Shown here: positions 28,728 through 39,497 of the stretch, in pieces
Numbering within the stretch: the stretch's first letter is position 1
How the letters are laid out: the number at the start of each line of letters is the position of its first letter
From: Acidobacteriota bacterium
GTDB taxonomy: Bacteria; Acidobacteriota; UBA890; WLXD01
Direction of reading: 5' to 3'
Assembly (NCBI GenBank): GCA_963666055.2
Contig: CAXWPH010000010.1
Location: 96,001-160,000 of the forward strand
DNA length: 64,000 nucleotides
The notes under the pieces: model-generated
Seen by the model: the letters and a program-made list of their open reading frames with translations, nothing else
What the model was told of the DNA's origin: nothing
Database searches by the model: none
Program-made: the position numbers and the translations under genes

Positions 28728-29900
28728 TCAGTGGCTGCCCTCGTGGGCGTGATCAAAGCGTTCGTGATGCTGTCGCAGAAGGTCCTTCCCGTAGTCGTTG
28801 CCGTTCGGGGTGCGCACCACGGCGTGCACATGGTTACGCGACGGGGCGTCGCCTTGCAGCGCTATCGGTCGCTGGTGATCAAACTCGATCAAGATCACGG
28901 GGCTGTGTACTCGGTAATAGAACACCGCGTCATCGTCGGTCGCACCCACCCAGCCGAACCAGGTGTCATCGAGGTGCTGGCGCGCCTCCACCATGCGGAT
29001 CGCGGCGTGCTCGTCTCGCATATCGCCCACGTACTCGGCGATCAGCGCGATCAACAGACCTCGTTGATGTTCGTCGAGGGCGCTGGCGCGGAGCCCCTCG
29101 TAGCGCATCTCGAAGTTGTCGCGAAACGCGGCCGTGAACACGTTGCGCGGCAACTCGTCGGCGATCTTCGCCACCGCCTGTTGTTCCGCGTTGAGCGATT
29201 GGATGAGTGCCAAGCCGCGCGCTTCTTCATCTTCGAACACCCGCGTGCCAGCGTACTTGCCGCCCGCAGCGTACGTCGGCTCGGAGCCCAGGAACGTAGG
29301 GGTCATGACCACCTGGTCGCCAAGCACGAAGTAGTTGATCACCAGATGATGTCCGTCGAGCTGCCAGCCCCACGGCTCCGCCTCAGACGGCTCCCCCATC
29401 ACGGTGAAGAAGTACAGTCCTTCGCCGTACTCCTCGAAATTGTTCACCAGCTCAGCGATCGTGGTGTTGAGGCGCATGATGTCGCGCGCCTTCCGCAGCC
29501 CCTTCGCCGAAAGGCTGGCACCCAGAAGCTCGTAGGCGGCGGTGCGTTGGGCCGCCGACATATCGCCGAAGCTCACACCGCGGCGGTCGTAGCGATGCAC
29601 GTTGTTCCAGCGCCTCCACTCGATGTCGTCGACGCCAAACGTCGTTGCACTCCGTTGCTCGGCGTCGAGCGCATCCAGGAATGTCGACGCGGCAGTCACC
29701 ACCGATGCGGTGGAAACACCAGTGGCGCGCAACGGAAAGAGATCAGCAACGACTTCACCATCCGCCGTGATACCGCGGAACGCCTCTGCCAGCGCGGTTG
29801 CCTCACCGCCCCCCTGGACCGCGGGCGAGCCGGCCAGCCCATACGCGCCCAACGATGCAGCGATTCCGACGACTGCGAACAACCCCAACAGGCTTCTCAT
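28728..29900 (-). CDS. Secreted DUF3500-like protein
   Basis: Signal peptide, PWGWQLDGHHL..N, TPTFLGSEP, YYRVHSP...IEFD, HVH.V.RTPNGNDYG. Confidence 0.8.
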   Translation of the reverse strand: MRSLLGLFAVVGIAASLGAYGLAGSPAVQGGGEATALAEAFRGITADGEVVADLFPLRATGVSTASVVTAASTFLDALDAEQRSATTFGVDDIEWRRWNNVHRYDRRGVSFGDMSAAQRTAAYELLGASLSAKGLRKARDIMRLNTTIAELVNNFEEYGEGLYFFTVMGEPSEAEPWGWQLDGHHLVINYFVLGDQVVMTPTFLGSEPTYAAGGKYAGTRVFEDEEARGLALIQSLNAEQQAVAKIADELPRNVFTAAFRDNFEMRYEGLRASALDEHQRGLLIALIAEYVGDMRDEHAAIRMVEARQHLDDTWFGWVGATDDDAVFYYRVHSPVILIEFDHQRPIALQGDAPSRNHVHAVVRTPNGNDYGKDLLRQHHERFDHAHEGSH

Positions 29901-29947
29901 ACTTCGCTCCTTCTCAGACCGTCACCATCGGAACCGCCGTACGCCGC

Positions 29948-31081
29948 TCAGCAGTCTAGCAAGCCGCTGCCACGAAGCTCGTGCAGCGTGTCGGCCAGGT
30001 GCCGCAGGTCGTCTTCATCGTTGTACAGGTGAACCGACACGCGGATGCCGTCGCCACGCGCCGATACCAGCACGTCGTGTTCGCGGAGCGCATCCCGGAG
30101 GCCGGCCGCGTCAGCACACCGCGCCAGCACGATTCCCGAAGCTGCACCTGGCCGCGCCGAGGTGGAGACCGGCAACCCGGCATCGACGAGCACTTTGCGT
30201 AGCAGGCCGCTCAGCTGCAGCACCCGCGACTCGATGGCGGCGGCGCCGAGCTCGTGCTGGAGCCCCAGCGCAGCGCCGAGAGTGAAGACGTTCGGGAACG
30301 GCGGATGCCCGGCTTCCATCGCACGGGCGTCGGGCGTGAGGTCCAGCTCGTCCGACACCAGCGCGTAGGGGTCGCGCGCGCTGCGCCAGCCCACCACCGG
30401 GTGGTTGCCGGCGTGGCGCTCGTTGACGTAGAAAAACCCGATACCGTAACCGGAGTTAAGCCACTTGTAGCCGGTGCAGGCGAGGAAATCGACGGCACCG
30501 CCGGATACATCGATCGCCAGAGCTCCGAGGCTCTGCGTGGCATCGACCACGAGCACTATCTGGTGTTCTCGACAAAGCTCACCAAGGGCGTCGAGGTCGT
30601 GTCGAAAGCCGGTTCGGTAGTGCACGAGACCGAGGGTGAGGATTCGAGTGTGCGGTTGGAGCGCCGCCGCGATGGCTTCGACCGTCACGCCGCCGTCGTC
30701 GTCCGTGTCCAGGAAGTCCACCTCGTAACCCAGCTGCAGCCACGGCCAGGTAACGGAGGGGAAATCGCCGCGGAGGGCAACTACAGACCCCGTTCCCAGT
30801 AGTTTCCGAGCCGCGAAATTGAGCGCCGAGGACGCGTTGTTGGTGAATGCGATCTCATGGCTGTGTGCGTTGATCAGGCGCGCCACGGAGCCGCGCACGT
30901 CCTCGACGCGGTCGAGCCAGGCGTCCCAGTGCACGTCGCCATCCCGGGCCGTGGCCTCATAGTAAGAGCACCCCGCCGCCGCCGCCGCCGCGGTGGATAT
31001 GGGCCCCCCGGCCGCGGTGTTCAGGTAGCAGCAAGTAGCTGCCGCCGGAAACGAAGCACGCACCTCAGGCCAGTCGGTCAC
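29948..31081 (-). CDS. Aminotransferase class V PLP enzyme (cysteine desulfurase/isopenicillin-N epimerase-like)
   Basis: YLNTAAGGP, DFPS, VVDATQSLG, GYKWL..GYG.G, RVSVH.YN. Confidence 0.88.
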   Translation of the reverse strand: MTDWPEVRASFPAAATCCYLNTAAGGPISTAAAAAAGCSYYEATARDGDVHWDAWLDRVEDVRGSVARLINAHSHEIAFTNNASSALNFAARKLLGTGSVVALRGDFPSVTWPWLQLGYEVDFLDTDDDGGVTVEAIAAALQPHTRILTLGLVHYRTGFRHDLDALGELCREHQIVLVVDATQSLGALAIDVSGGAVDFLACTGYKWLNSGYGIGFFYVNERHAGNHPVVGWRSARDPYALVSDELDLTPDARAMEAGHPPFPNVFTLGAALGLQHELGAAAIESRVLQLSGLLRKVLVDAGLPVSTSARPGAASGIVLARCADAAGLRDALREHDVLVSARGDGIRVSVHLYNDEDDLRHLADTLHELRGSGLLDC

Positions 31082-31231
31082 TCGTCCCCCACCCTACGAC
31101 TGACGCTGGCGCGCCGCCGAGCATCGATCTCCAGCCTAAACACCTCCGGGCACGAGCAGGGGCCATCGGTGTCGAGGCGCATGCGACCTTCGTCGATCCG
31201 GGCCGGGTGGTGAATCGCCGCTCCGATCCGA

Positions 31232-32359
31232 TCATCCCACGACAGTCCGATAGATCTGCTCGTCGGTAGCACCCTCGGTGGAGATCAACAGCACGTTGGC
31301 AGCAGCGTCGAGCCGCAGCCGCTCACGAATCAAGGCATTCTCGGAGTCGACGCATACAGCCTCGACGAGCCCGGTGGTCACCGCGCCGGACTCACCAGAC
31401 ACCACCATCGCATCGCCGGCAACCGGACGGGCCAACCGGCGCATACCCGACCTGGCAACTTCATCGCCACAGGTTACCCAGCCGTCGACGTGTCGACGCA
31501 AGATCGTCCAGGCCGAGGTGCTCAATTGTCCGCACGACAGACCCGCCATGAACGTGTCCGGAGCGTCAGCGAGTCGCGGGGGCAACAGCTCGTCGCTCTC
31601 CATCGCCTCCATCCCGCACCCGGCCCCCTCGGGCTCGACCAGGAAGACCGCCGGCCTTTCGGCGCCGAAGCGCTCCACCAGATACGCGGTGATGGATGCG
31701 GCGAACGAGCCCACGCCGCATTGCAGGAAGACATGTGTCGGCCGCTCTTCCCCGAGTTGGTCCATAGCCTCGTGAATCAGCGTGAGATATCCCTGCATTA
31801 CCCAGCGCGGGATTTGCTCGTACCCCGGCCACGCCATGTCTTGTAGCAACACCCAGCCATTGGCTTCGGCGTCGGCGCGAGCCTGCTCGACGGCCTCGTC
31901 GTACGTCCCCTCCACACGGCTCGCTCGCGCTCCGAGCTTGACGATCGCCTCGAGGCGCGCGTCGCTGGCCTGGCGGGGCAGGTACACGACGGCGGCATGG
32001 CCGAGGCGCGCCGCCGCCCAGGCCACGGCGCGCCCGTGGTTGCCGTCGGTTGCAGTAACAAACGTCAACACGGGTTCGGCATTCCGCTCGACCACCCTCG
32101 AGATCGCCCAGCTCGCCCCGAGCGCCTTGAACGCCTCGAGCCCGAAGCGGTGCGATTCATCCTTCAAGCGCATGCCCCCGACACCGAGCTCGGCAGCAAG
32201 GCCCGGCAAGGGCACCAACGGCGTCGGCGCATAGTCCGGCCACGAGCTATGAAACGCGTGCACCTGCGCCGCGGCGGCGGCTCCGAACGGCATGGTTGCA
32301 TCGTCGCCAGCGCGTCCGGCGGCATCGACATTCATCAGCAGCCGTATTGGCAGCGTCAC
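31232..32359 (-). CDS. dpaL: Diaminopropionate ammonia-lyase
   Basis: Y.PTPL, KDES.RFGL.AFKALG, TATDGNHGR, QD.AW.GYE.IP..VM.GY, SGESGA, STEG.TD. The start codon is uncertain. Confidence 0.88.
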   Translation of the reverse strand: MTLPIRLLMNVDAAGRAGDDATMPFGAAAAAQVHAFHSSWPDYAPTPLVPLPGLAAELGVGGMRLKDESHRFGLEAFKALGASWAISRVVERNAEPVLTFVTATDGNHGRAVAWAAARLGHAAVVYLPRQASDARLEAIVKLGARASRVEGTYDEAVEQARADAEANGWVLLQDMAWPGYEQIPRWVMQGYLTLIHEAMDQLGEERPTHVFLQCGVGSFAASITAYLVERFGAERPAVFLVEPEGAGCGMEAMESDELLPPRLADAPDTFMAGLSCGQLSTSAWTILRRHVDGWVTCGDEVARSGMRRLARPVAGDAMVVSGESGAVTTGLVEAVCVDSENALIRERLRLDAAANVLLISTEGATDEQIYRTVVG

Positions 32360-32619
32360 CCAGCCGCGTCCGCGGCCGCCTCCCCAGCGTCTTGTCGTTG
32401 CCAGATCTCGAACAGCACGCATACGATGTTACCTTCCAAGATGCCGAGGATCTCGCCGGAGCTCGCTCGACGTTGGGCCGTCACAGTCGCGCCCTGTCGG
32501 ATACGGCTAGAATCTGATGTTCGGACACCACCAAGTAGCCAGGTTGCAGACTACTGACTGAACTCGTTTGACCGAGCCCGAGCGCCGTTGTCGCCGTGCT
32601 CCGCCGCTGGAGACATTCA

Positions 32620-34362
32620 ATGCGCCGAATCGTCATGATCCTGGCCCTGCTGCTGTGCGTGGCGCCCGGCGCACTGGCGCAGCAAGTGAAGCCGATTGTC
32701 CACCTACTCGACAACGGAATGACTGTCCTGCTGGTGCCGCGAACCGGCGACCCGAACATCTCTGCCGGCTGGATCGCCAAGGTGGGTTCGGTGAACGAGC
32801 ACCCTGGCATTACGGGTGTGGCGCACCTTTTCGAGCACATGATGTTCAAGGGTACCGAGACGATCGGCACGATCGACGCCGCCGCGGACCGGCGAGTGAT
32901 CGAGCAGCTGGACAGGCTTCGCGCCGAGATCCGCAAGCACGAGCAGGAGCTACTGCGGCAACAGCGGGTGGGCGAGATCGACGACTGGCGCGACCGGGAG
33001 CACCGCTCGCAAGCTCACCAAGATCTCCTGGAGGAATTCGACAGCGCTCTGGGGGAACAACGCGGGCTGATCATCAAGGACGACTTCGATCGCATCTACA
33101 CGGGCGAAGGTGGGTCCGGCATGAACGCCGGAACGGACTACGACTTCACCGTCTATTTCATCAACGTGCCGGCAAACAAGTTGGAGCTATGGTTCTGGAT
33201 GGAGTCCGATCGCCTGATGAACCCCGTCTTTCGCGAGTTCTATAGCGAGCGGGACGTCGTACACGAGGAACGCAGGCTACGAACCGACAGCACCCCAACG
33301 GGGCTGCTGGACGAGCAGTTCGAGGCGACGTTCTGGGAGTCGTCGCCCTATTCGTGGCCGGTGGTCGGATGGCCCAGCGATCTGTATGGGCTGACACGCG
33401 AAGAAGCGCTCGAGTTCTTCGATGTCAACTATGCACCCAACAACATCAGTGCGGCGCTTGTAGGAGGGTTCGATCCCGAAGAAGCGATCGCCCTCGCTGA
33501 GCGCTACTTTGGTCGTATTCCGCGCGGCGAGCGCGAGCCCGAGCCCGTACGCACCTGGGAGGTCAAGCAGCAGGGCGAGAAGCGCATGATCGGCTACGCC
33601 GACACCAGCCCGCAGGTGAGAATCCGCTACCACGGTGTCGCCGACGGCCACGTCGATGAGCCAGCTCTGCTGGTCTTGGGGCAGTTGCTCTCCGGACGTA
33701 CGGGCCGGCTCTTCAAGTCGCTGGTCGAGGAGCAGGGAATCGCCACGTCCGTTTCGGGCGGACAGAACGGTCGCAGGTGGGACGGCTACTTCGAGATTCA
33801 GGGCACCGCCAAGCAGGGGCATACACCGGAGGAGGTCGAGTCAGCGATCTACGCTGAGCTCGAGCGCTTGAAAACCGAGCCCGTCCCCGATCGCGAGCTT
33901 CAGAAGGTGAAGAACCAGAACGCCGCGGCCGAGTTCCGACGGTTGCAGAGCAGCTTCGGCCTGCTGCTGCAGTTGCTGATCGCCGAGGGTTATCGAGGAT
34001 GGGAGACCATCAATACCACCGGCCCAAAGCTCCAGGCGGTCAGCGCCGAAGACATCCAGCGCGTGGCCAATACTTACTTCGAGCCCGAAGCGCGCGCCGT
34101 GGCGATCTACTACCGCAGCCAGGGCTCTGAACCCGAGGATCCACGCCTGGCCGGGCTGGATGATCAGGAGCGGCAACAGATCAACATGGTCCGGCAGCAG
34201 CTCGCCCAAGCCGCGCCTGACCAGCTCGACCAAATGCGCCAGCAGCTCGCCCAGACGACCGCAATGGCGGCACAAGTCCCCGAGGAAAACCAAGACATGT
34301 TCCAACTCATGTTGGAGCTGATCAGCGAGCGTATCGAAGAGCTCGAGGGAGAGCAGGAATGA
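32620..34362 (+). CDS. M16 family zinc peptidase, catalytic subunit
   Basis: Signal peptide, HLFEH (HxxEH), NAGT..D.T.Y, ERDVVHEERR. Confidence 0.92.
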   Translation: MRRIVMILALLLCVAPGALAQQVKPIVHLLDNGMTVLLVPRTGDPNISAGWIAKVGSVNEHPGITGVAHLFEHMMFKGTETIGTIDAAADRRVIEQLDRLRAEIRKHEQELLRQQRVGEIDDWRDREHRSQAHQDLLEEFDSALGEQRGLIIKDDFDRIYTGEGGSGMNAGTDYDFTVYFINVPANKLELWFWMESDRLMNPVFREFYSERDVVHEERRLRTDSTPTGLLDEQFEATFWESSPYSWPVVGWPSDLYGLTREEALEFFDVNYAPNNISAALVGGFDPEEAIALAERYFGRIPRGEREPEPVRTWEVKQQGEKRMIGYADTSPQVRIRYHGVADGHVDEPALLVLGQLLSGRTGRLFKSLVEEQGIATSVSGGQNGRRWDGYFEIQGTAKQGHTPEEVESAIYAELERLKTEPVPDRELQKVKNQNAAAEFRRLQSSFGLLLQLLIAEGYRGWETINTTGPKLQAVSAEDIQRVANTYFEPEARAVAIYYRSQGSEPEDPRLAGLDDQERQQINMVRQQLAQAAPDQLDQMRQQLAQTTAMAAQVPEENQDMFQLMLELISERIEELEGEQE

Positions 34363-35864
34363 AGACCGTCAGCGGCCTTCGCCCGCCAACGCTCGCGATG
34401 ATCGGGCTCTTGGCGATGACTACGGGCGTCATTGCGCAGCAGGAGATCGTCTCTCATCCACTCGAGCTCTCCTTTCCGGAGCTCGACTTCCAGCCCCCGG
34501 ACGGCGCCGCGCTGCGCCATGAGCTCAGCACGGGAACAGTCGCCTACGTGGCAGAGGATCACGCGCTACCGCTCGTCAATATCGCAATCTTGATTCGCAG
34601 CGGCGAGTACACCGCCCCGGCGATGCTGAAGCCAGGAGTCGCAAGCCTCGCCGGGAGCCAGATGCGCGCCGGCGGCGCAGCCTCGTTGTCGTCGTCCGAG
34701 CTCGACGAGGAGCTCGATTTCCTCGCCGCGCAGATTCGCACAGGCATCGGCTCGACGAGAGGCAGCGCCAACATGAACTGCCTGGCCAAGGACCTCGACC
34801 GCTGTCTCGATAGGTTCTTCGAGATCCTGCGCCAACCTCGCTACGATCAGGAGCGCATCGACCTCGCCAAGAGCCAGCAGTTACAGCGCATGGAGCAACG
34901 CAACGACGACACGGGAGGAATCGAGCGGCGCGAGTGGAGCCGGCTACTTTACGGCGACGCCCATTTCAGCACCCACGCCACCACCGAGGCCGAGCTCGAC
35001 GCGATCACACGCCAGGACTTGCTCGCGTTTCATGCCTACGCCGTTCATCCGGGCAACTTCATCTTCGCCATTTCGGGCGACGTCCAAACTGAAGAGATCC
35101 TCGGCAAAATCGAGGCCCGGCTATCGGATTGGCCCGGCGCGGAGGCGCCTGGTGACGTGCCGAAACCAGGGGTCGAGCCGCAGCCCGGCCTGTACTTGGT
35201 ACACAAGGAGGATGTGAACCAGGGCCGCGTATCGATCGGGCACCTGAGCACGGTTATCAGTAACCCCGATCGCTTCGCACTGCAGATCATGAACAACATC
35301 CTCGGGGGAGGCGGCTTTACGTCGCGCATCCTGTCGCGCGTACGATCTGACGAGGGACTCGCATACAGCGCCGGATCGGCATTCGGGCTCGGCACGCACT
35401 ACGACGGCAGCTTCCGCGCCTTCTTCCAGTCGCGGAGCGCCGCGGTGGCGCGGGCTACCAGCATCGTCATCGACGAGATCGGTCGCATTCGTACCGAGAA
35501 AGTGAGCGACGAGGAGTTAGCCAATGCCAAGGCCTCGTTCATCGACACTTTCAGCCGCAACTTCGCCAGCGCCGAGCAGATCGCCGGGCTGTTCGCCAAC
35601 CTCGAGTTACAGGGGCGCGATATCGGTCTTGTGTCGACCTACCGCGACGACATGGCAGCGGTAACCGCCGACGATGTGCTTCGCGTGGCGCAGGAGTACC
35701 TCCATCCCGACCGGCTCGTAATCCTCGCCGTGGGCAATGTCGACGACATGCTCGCAGGCGATCTCGACAATCCGGAGTTCTCGCTCGAGGCGATGGCCAG
35801 CGGCGGCAGCGTTACCCGCATCGCGTTGCCGGATCCGATGACAATGGAATACGCGGGGCGGTAG
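34359..35864 (+). CDS. M16 family peptidase, non-catalytic partner subunit
   Basis: EDH.LPLV and LGGGGFTSR...VR..EGLAY present, HxxEH absent; ATGA-coupled to the upstream gene. Confidence 0.9.
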   Translation: MKTVSGLRPPTLAMIGLLAMTTGVIAQQEIVSHPLELSFPELDFQPPDGAALRHELSTGTVAYVAEDHALPLVNIAILIRSGEYTAPAMLKPGVASLAGSQMRAGGAASLSSSELDEELDFLAAQIRTGIGSTRGSANMNCLAKDLDRCLDRFFEILRQPRYDQERIDLAKSQQLQRMEQRNDDTGGIERREWSRLLYGDAHFSTHATTEAELDAITRQDLLAFHAYAVHPGNFIFAISGDVQTEEILGKIEARLSDWPGAEAPGDVPKPGVEPQPGLYLVHKEDVNQGRVSIGHLSTVISNPDRFALQIMNNILGGGGFTSRILSRVRSDEGLAYSAGSAFGLGTHYDGSFRAFFQSRSAAVARATSIVIDEIGRIRTEKVSDEELANAKASFIDTFSRNFASAEQIAGLFANLELQGRDIGLVSTYRDDMAAVTADDVLRVAQEYLHPDRLVILAVGNVDDMLAGDLDNPEFSLEAMASGGSVTRIALPDPMTMEYAGR

Positions 35865-35879
35865 CGCCTTGAATCGACG

Positions 35880-37313
35880 ATGAGCGCTCAGCGCACGATC
35901 GCTATCCTTGGTGGCGGTTCAGCCGGCTTCACGGCCGCCCAAACAGCCGCCAAGCTCGGCGCCCGCGTGCTCTTCTTCATGGGCGACAACGCCGACATGG
36001 CGTCGCTGTGCGTCAATCGGGGCTGCATGCCGTCGAAAGCGATGTTCGAGCCGATCGACGCCATGCATCACGCCCGTCACCAGGGCCTGCTGCGCGTGGA
36101 GCCACTCCGGCCTGAGGCCTATCTCGGGCAGATCGTTGCCTGGAAGGACCGTGAGATCGCGCGCTTCCGCGCCTATCGGCAAAGAGCGATCGCGGCTTTC
36201 GAGAGCGACGAGTTCATCATCGTACGGGCCAACGTGCAGTTCATCGATGCGCATACGCTCAGCGCCGAGGGTCGTACGTACCCGTTCGACGCTGCCATCA
36301 TCGCCACCGGTTCGGTACCGCAACGACCGGCGATTGACGGGCTGCCCGAGCTAGGCGACGAGATCTGGACCAACGACGACATTCTCGCAAACACGACGTT
36401 GCCAGAGTCGCTCGTGCTCATCGGTGCCGGTGCTATCGGACTCGAGTTCGGGTTGCGCTACGCGCGACTGGGCAGCGCGGTGACCATCATCGCGCGATCG
36501 CGACCCTTGTCGCAGTATCCAGAGCGCTTCGGCCAGCGGCTCGCACAGATTTACGAGCGCGAGGGCGTGCGTGTGTTGCAGGCAACATCTCCGCAACGGG
36601 TACGACGCGACCGCGAGGGCATGTACGTCGTCGAGACCGAGGGGGCGCACGGATTCGAACCCGTCACTGCGGCGCGCGCAATGCTGGCGGTCGGCCGCCG
36701 ACCGGCCGTCGACTCACTCGACCTTCACCTGGCCGGTGTAGAGCTGGACGGCGGAAGGATGACGGTGGGTGAGGACCTGCGCCTGAATGACGCCGACAAC
36801 CTATTCGCCGCCGGCGATGTGATCGGCAGGCGCATGGTGGTGCATCAGGCACATATCGAGGCGGGCATCGCGGCGGAGAACGCCGTGACCGATGGCTCCC
36901 GCATCTGGGATCGGCGCTCCGACATTCAGGTCGTGTTCTCTGATCCAGAGTTCGCCTACGCTGGCGTGACGCCCGAGGCGGCAACAGCGATGGGGCACCA
37001 ACTTGTACACGGCTCCAAGGACTCGCGGCTCGTCGGCAAGCTGCACCTGGGCGGCGACGACCACGGCTTCGGCGAGTTCATTGCCGACGCTGAGAGCCAC
37101 AGCCTCCTAGGCGCCGGGCTCCTTTGCGACGACGCCAGCAACCTGATCCACCTTCCGGCATACCTGATCGACCACCGCCATACGGTTCATGACGGTGCTG
37201 CCGCCGAGTACTACCACCCGACACGGATGGAGATTGTCTCGTCGATCCTCGACGCCATGTCTGGAAGCCTCGGCGGCACACCGCCGACGCGCCCCGACGA
37301 GCGTAGCGGCTGA
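35880..37313 (+). CDS. Pyridine nucleotide-disulfide oxidoreductase (dihydrolipoamide dehydrogenase-like)
   Basis: GGGSAG, CVNRGCMPSK, IIATGS, GAGAIG.E, FAAGD, YHPT..E. Confidence 0.88.
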   Translation: MSAQRTIAILGGGSAGFTAAQTAAKLGARVLFFMGDNADMASLCVNRGCMPSKAMFEPIDAMHHARHQGLLRVEPLRPEAYLGQIVAWKDREIARFRAYRQRAIAAFESDEFIIVRANVQFIDAHTLSAEGRTYPFDAAIIATGSVPQRPAIDGLPELGDEIWTNDDILANTTLPESLVLIGAGAIGLEFGLRYARLGSAVTIIARSRPLSQYPERFGQRLAQIYEREGVRVLQATSPQRVRRDREGMYVVETEGAHGFEPVTAARAMLAVGRRPAVDSLDLHLAGVELDGGRMTVGEDLRLNDADNLFAAGDVIGRRMVVHQAHIEAGIAAENAVTDGSRIWDRRSDIQVVFSDPEFAYAGVTPEAATAMGHQLVHGSKDSRLVGKLHLGGDDHGFGEFIADAESHSLLGAGLLCDDASNLIHLPAYLIDHRHTVHDGAAAEYYHPTRMEIVSSILDAMSGSLGGTPPTRPDERSG

Positions 37314-37315
37314 CG

Positions 37316-37564
37316 ATGGCGGCTGACGATCTCGACCCGCGTCTCGGACCGTCGATCGACGGACTGAGACACCCGCCGACGTTCCAGCACCCGCCGTGGA
37401 CAGTCGGGGTCGTGCTGGTGCTCGGCCTGGTCGCCTTGCTGTTCGGTATCCTGGTGCGCCCAATCTGGCTGCTCGTCGGCTCTCCCTTCATCCTCACCTT
37501 GTTCGTCTGGCTAGGGGTGCGGTTCACCCAGTGGCGGCGTCGCCGGCGGCGGCCAACGCCGTAG
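37316..37564 (+). CDS. Small two-TM membrane protein
   Basis: Starts 2 nt after the upstream stop; two hydrophobic helices and a basic tail. Confidence 0.6.
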   Translation: MAADDLDPRLGPSIDGLRHPPTFQHPPWTVGVVLVLGLVALLFGILVRPIWLLVGSPFILTLFVWLGVRFTQWRRRRRRPTP

Positions 37565-37698
37565 ATGGACCCACGCGCCGGACCCACCAGAGCTTCTCAG
37601 CACCCTGCTAGACTGTCCTAGGGGCGACGCTACCTAGTCAACAAGGGGGACACCGGCTGTCTCGATAGGGCTGCCGGAGGTTCGGCAAGGGGATTCTG

Positions 37699-38310
37699 AT
37701 GCAAGCCACACGCATGATCGCTGTTCTCTGTGCGCTGTCGATCGCCACGGTACCCGTACTCGCCGCCCAGGCGGGCGCCGACACGCGCATTCCCTCGGGT
37801 ACACGCGCCACCGTCGCGTTGCGAGGCTGGCTCAGCTCGGCTGATGCCAACGTCGGCGACACGTTCGAGGCCGCGCTGGTAGCCGACATCCTGGTGGAAG
37901 GCCAGCTGGTGGTTCCCGCCGGCTCTACGTTCGTCGGTCGCGTCGCCGCCGTCGAGCGCGCCCGCGGCATGAGCCGCGGCGGCAAGCTCACGCTCGTCAT
38001 TGACCGGCTAGCGAGCGGCGACGGTGATTCGACGACGGCCCTTGCGACCGTGACCGGAATCGCCGAAGGCGGCGAGCTCGAAGGCAAGGACGACAGGGGC
38101 AAGAGAGCAGGAATCGGCGGCGTGATCGGTGGCGCCCTGGGCGCCATCATCGGCGGCGCTGCGGGACTGCTGGTCGGCCTCGTCGTCGGCGCCGGCGGCG
38201 CGATCGCCGGCGGCCGCGGCAAGGACGTCGAGCTCCCTGAGGACACCTATCTGCTGGTGAAGTTCGACCAGCAGGTCGATGTCACCTGGACCTGGCAACC
38301 GCAGAGCTGA
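37699..38310 (+). CDS. Secreted glycine-zipper protein
   Basis: Signal peptide, IP.GT, GD.F.A.L..D, VPAGS...G.V, GxxxG zipper. Confidence 0.7.
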   Translation: MQATRMIAVLCALSIATVPVLAAQAGADTRIPSGTRATVALRGWLSSADANVGDTFEAALVADILVEGQLVVPAGSTFVGRVAAVERARGMSRGGKLTLVIDRLASGDGDSTTALATVTGIAEGGELEGKDDRGKRAGIGGVIGGALGAIIGGAAGLLVGLVVGAGGAIAGGRGKDVELPEDTYLLVKFDQQVDVTWTWQPQS

Positions 38311-38371
38311 AGCTTCCGTCCCGGCTACGACTTGACGGCAGCGGGCGCCATCGGTGGCCGTTGCCGAAGTC

Positions 38372-39361
38372 TTACTGCTGCCCGATCTGCGCCTTGAGCG
38401 CCAAGATCATCTGCTCGATGTTGTCGCGGTCCGGGGCGTCCGGCGCTTGCTCCAAGTATCCCTCGAGCATCGTGATCGACTTGTCGTACTCCTGCGTCTG
38501 CAAGTACGCATAGCCGAGGTTCTTGCGAGCCACCGGGAAGTCCTCCCGCAAGGCCAGCGCACGCTCCATGTGCTCGATGCCCTCTTCTATGTGCTGCAGC
38601 TGCAGCATGACGGCACCGGCGTTGTATTGCAGCTCGGGGTTGTCGAGCGCCTGGGCCGCCGCTATTCGGAGGTGGGTCAGCGCCCCCTCGAAGTCCTGCC
38701 TGGCGGTGTAAACCTGTCCCGCCAGCTGGTGGGCCGAGCGGCTGTTCGGTCTCACCTTCATCATCTCGTCGGTCGCAGCCAGCGTGGCATCGTGGTCGCC
38801 CTGCGCGAAGCTACCCAGCGCCAGGATCTCGTGGGCGCTCACCCGCATCGTATCCACGCCTTCGCCGCTGACCCCTCGCATGCCCTCCAGCAACTCGTCG
38901 ATTAGGGATTTCATGCTGGCCCAGTCCTTTGCCTCGTAGGCGGCAAAGCCTTCCTCATAGAGCTTGTTGATGGCGTCGTAGTCGACCAGATCCGCAGGCA
39001 CTCCCAGCGCCAGTACGGCATCGTAGGTGTTGGGCCCGTGGCTGAACCGAATACCGCTGTTGTACACAGTGTCGTAGCCATCTGCCTCGACGCGCACGCT
39101 GTAGTCCAAGGTGGCGTAGAAGCCACGGCCCTGGAACTCGCCGTTTTCGTCAGCAGTCAGGGTGCGCTCACGCCCGTACTCGGGGTCGGTGATCATCACC
39201 CGCGCCCCGGCAATTGGTACCCCGTCGGTGTCTATGACCGTGCCGCCGACGCTACAGTCGGCGATCCCCTGAGCCAGGACCGACGGCGCGGTCGTCAGCA
39301 CCAGACCAGCGGCTAGGACGGAGGTCAACATTGTCGTGAAGCGTCGTGTCGGTGAGAGCAT
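38372..39361 (-). CDS. Secreted protein with carboxypeptidase-regulatory-like domain and TPR repeats
   Basis: G.V.D.DG.PIAGA.V...Y.VRVEA.GY, then TPR motifs (YNAG..., NLGYAY..., YL..APDAPD). Confidence 0.82.
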   Translation of the reverse strand: MLSPTRRFTTMLTSVLAAGLVLTTAPSVLAQGIADCSVGGTVIDTDGVPIAGARVMITDPEYGRERTLTADENGEFQGRGFYATLDYSVRVEADGYDTVYNSGIRFSHGPNTYDAVLALGVPADLVDYDAINKLYEEGFAAYEAKDWASMKSLIDELLEGMRGVSGEGVDTMRVSAHEILALGSFAQGDHDATLAATDEMMKVRPNSRSAHQLAGQVYTARQDFEGALTHLRIAAAQALDNPELQYNAGAVMLQLQHIEEGIEHMERALALREDFPVARKNLGYAYLQTQEYDKSITMLEGYLEQAPDAPDRDNIEQMILALKAQIGQQ

Positions 39362-39497
39362 GCAAGCCTCCTGTCGGCCTGACCCTGTGTGTCCAGAAAC
39401 GATGTAATTGTACCTTAGCGCACTCGTCACGATGCTCAAGGTCTCCAGCGAGGAGCCTGCTCCTAAAAGCTGTCTTCAGCAGCGTACGAGACCACCG

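Noticed and set aside
31078-31272. 64-aa ORF between dpaL and the aminotransferase
   Set aside because: It overlaps dpaL and has no recognisable motif or RBS.
37565-37698. Possible riboswitch upstream of the glycine-zipper gene
   Set aside because: I could not match it to the consensus of any riboswitch class by eye; an Rfam scan would be needed.
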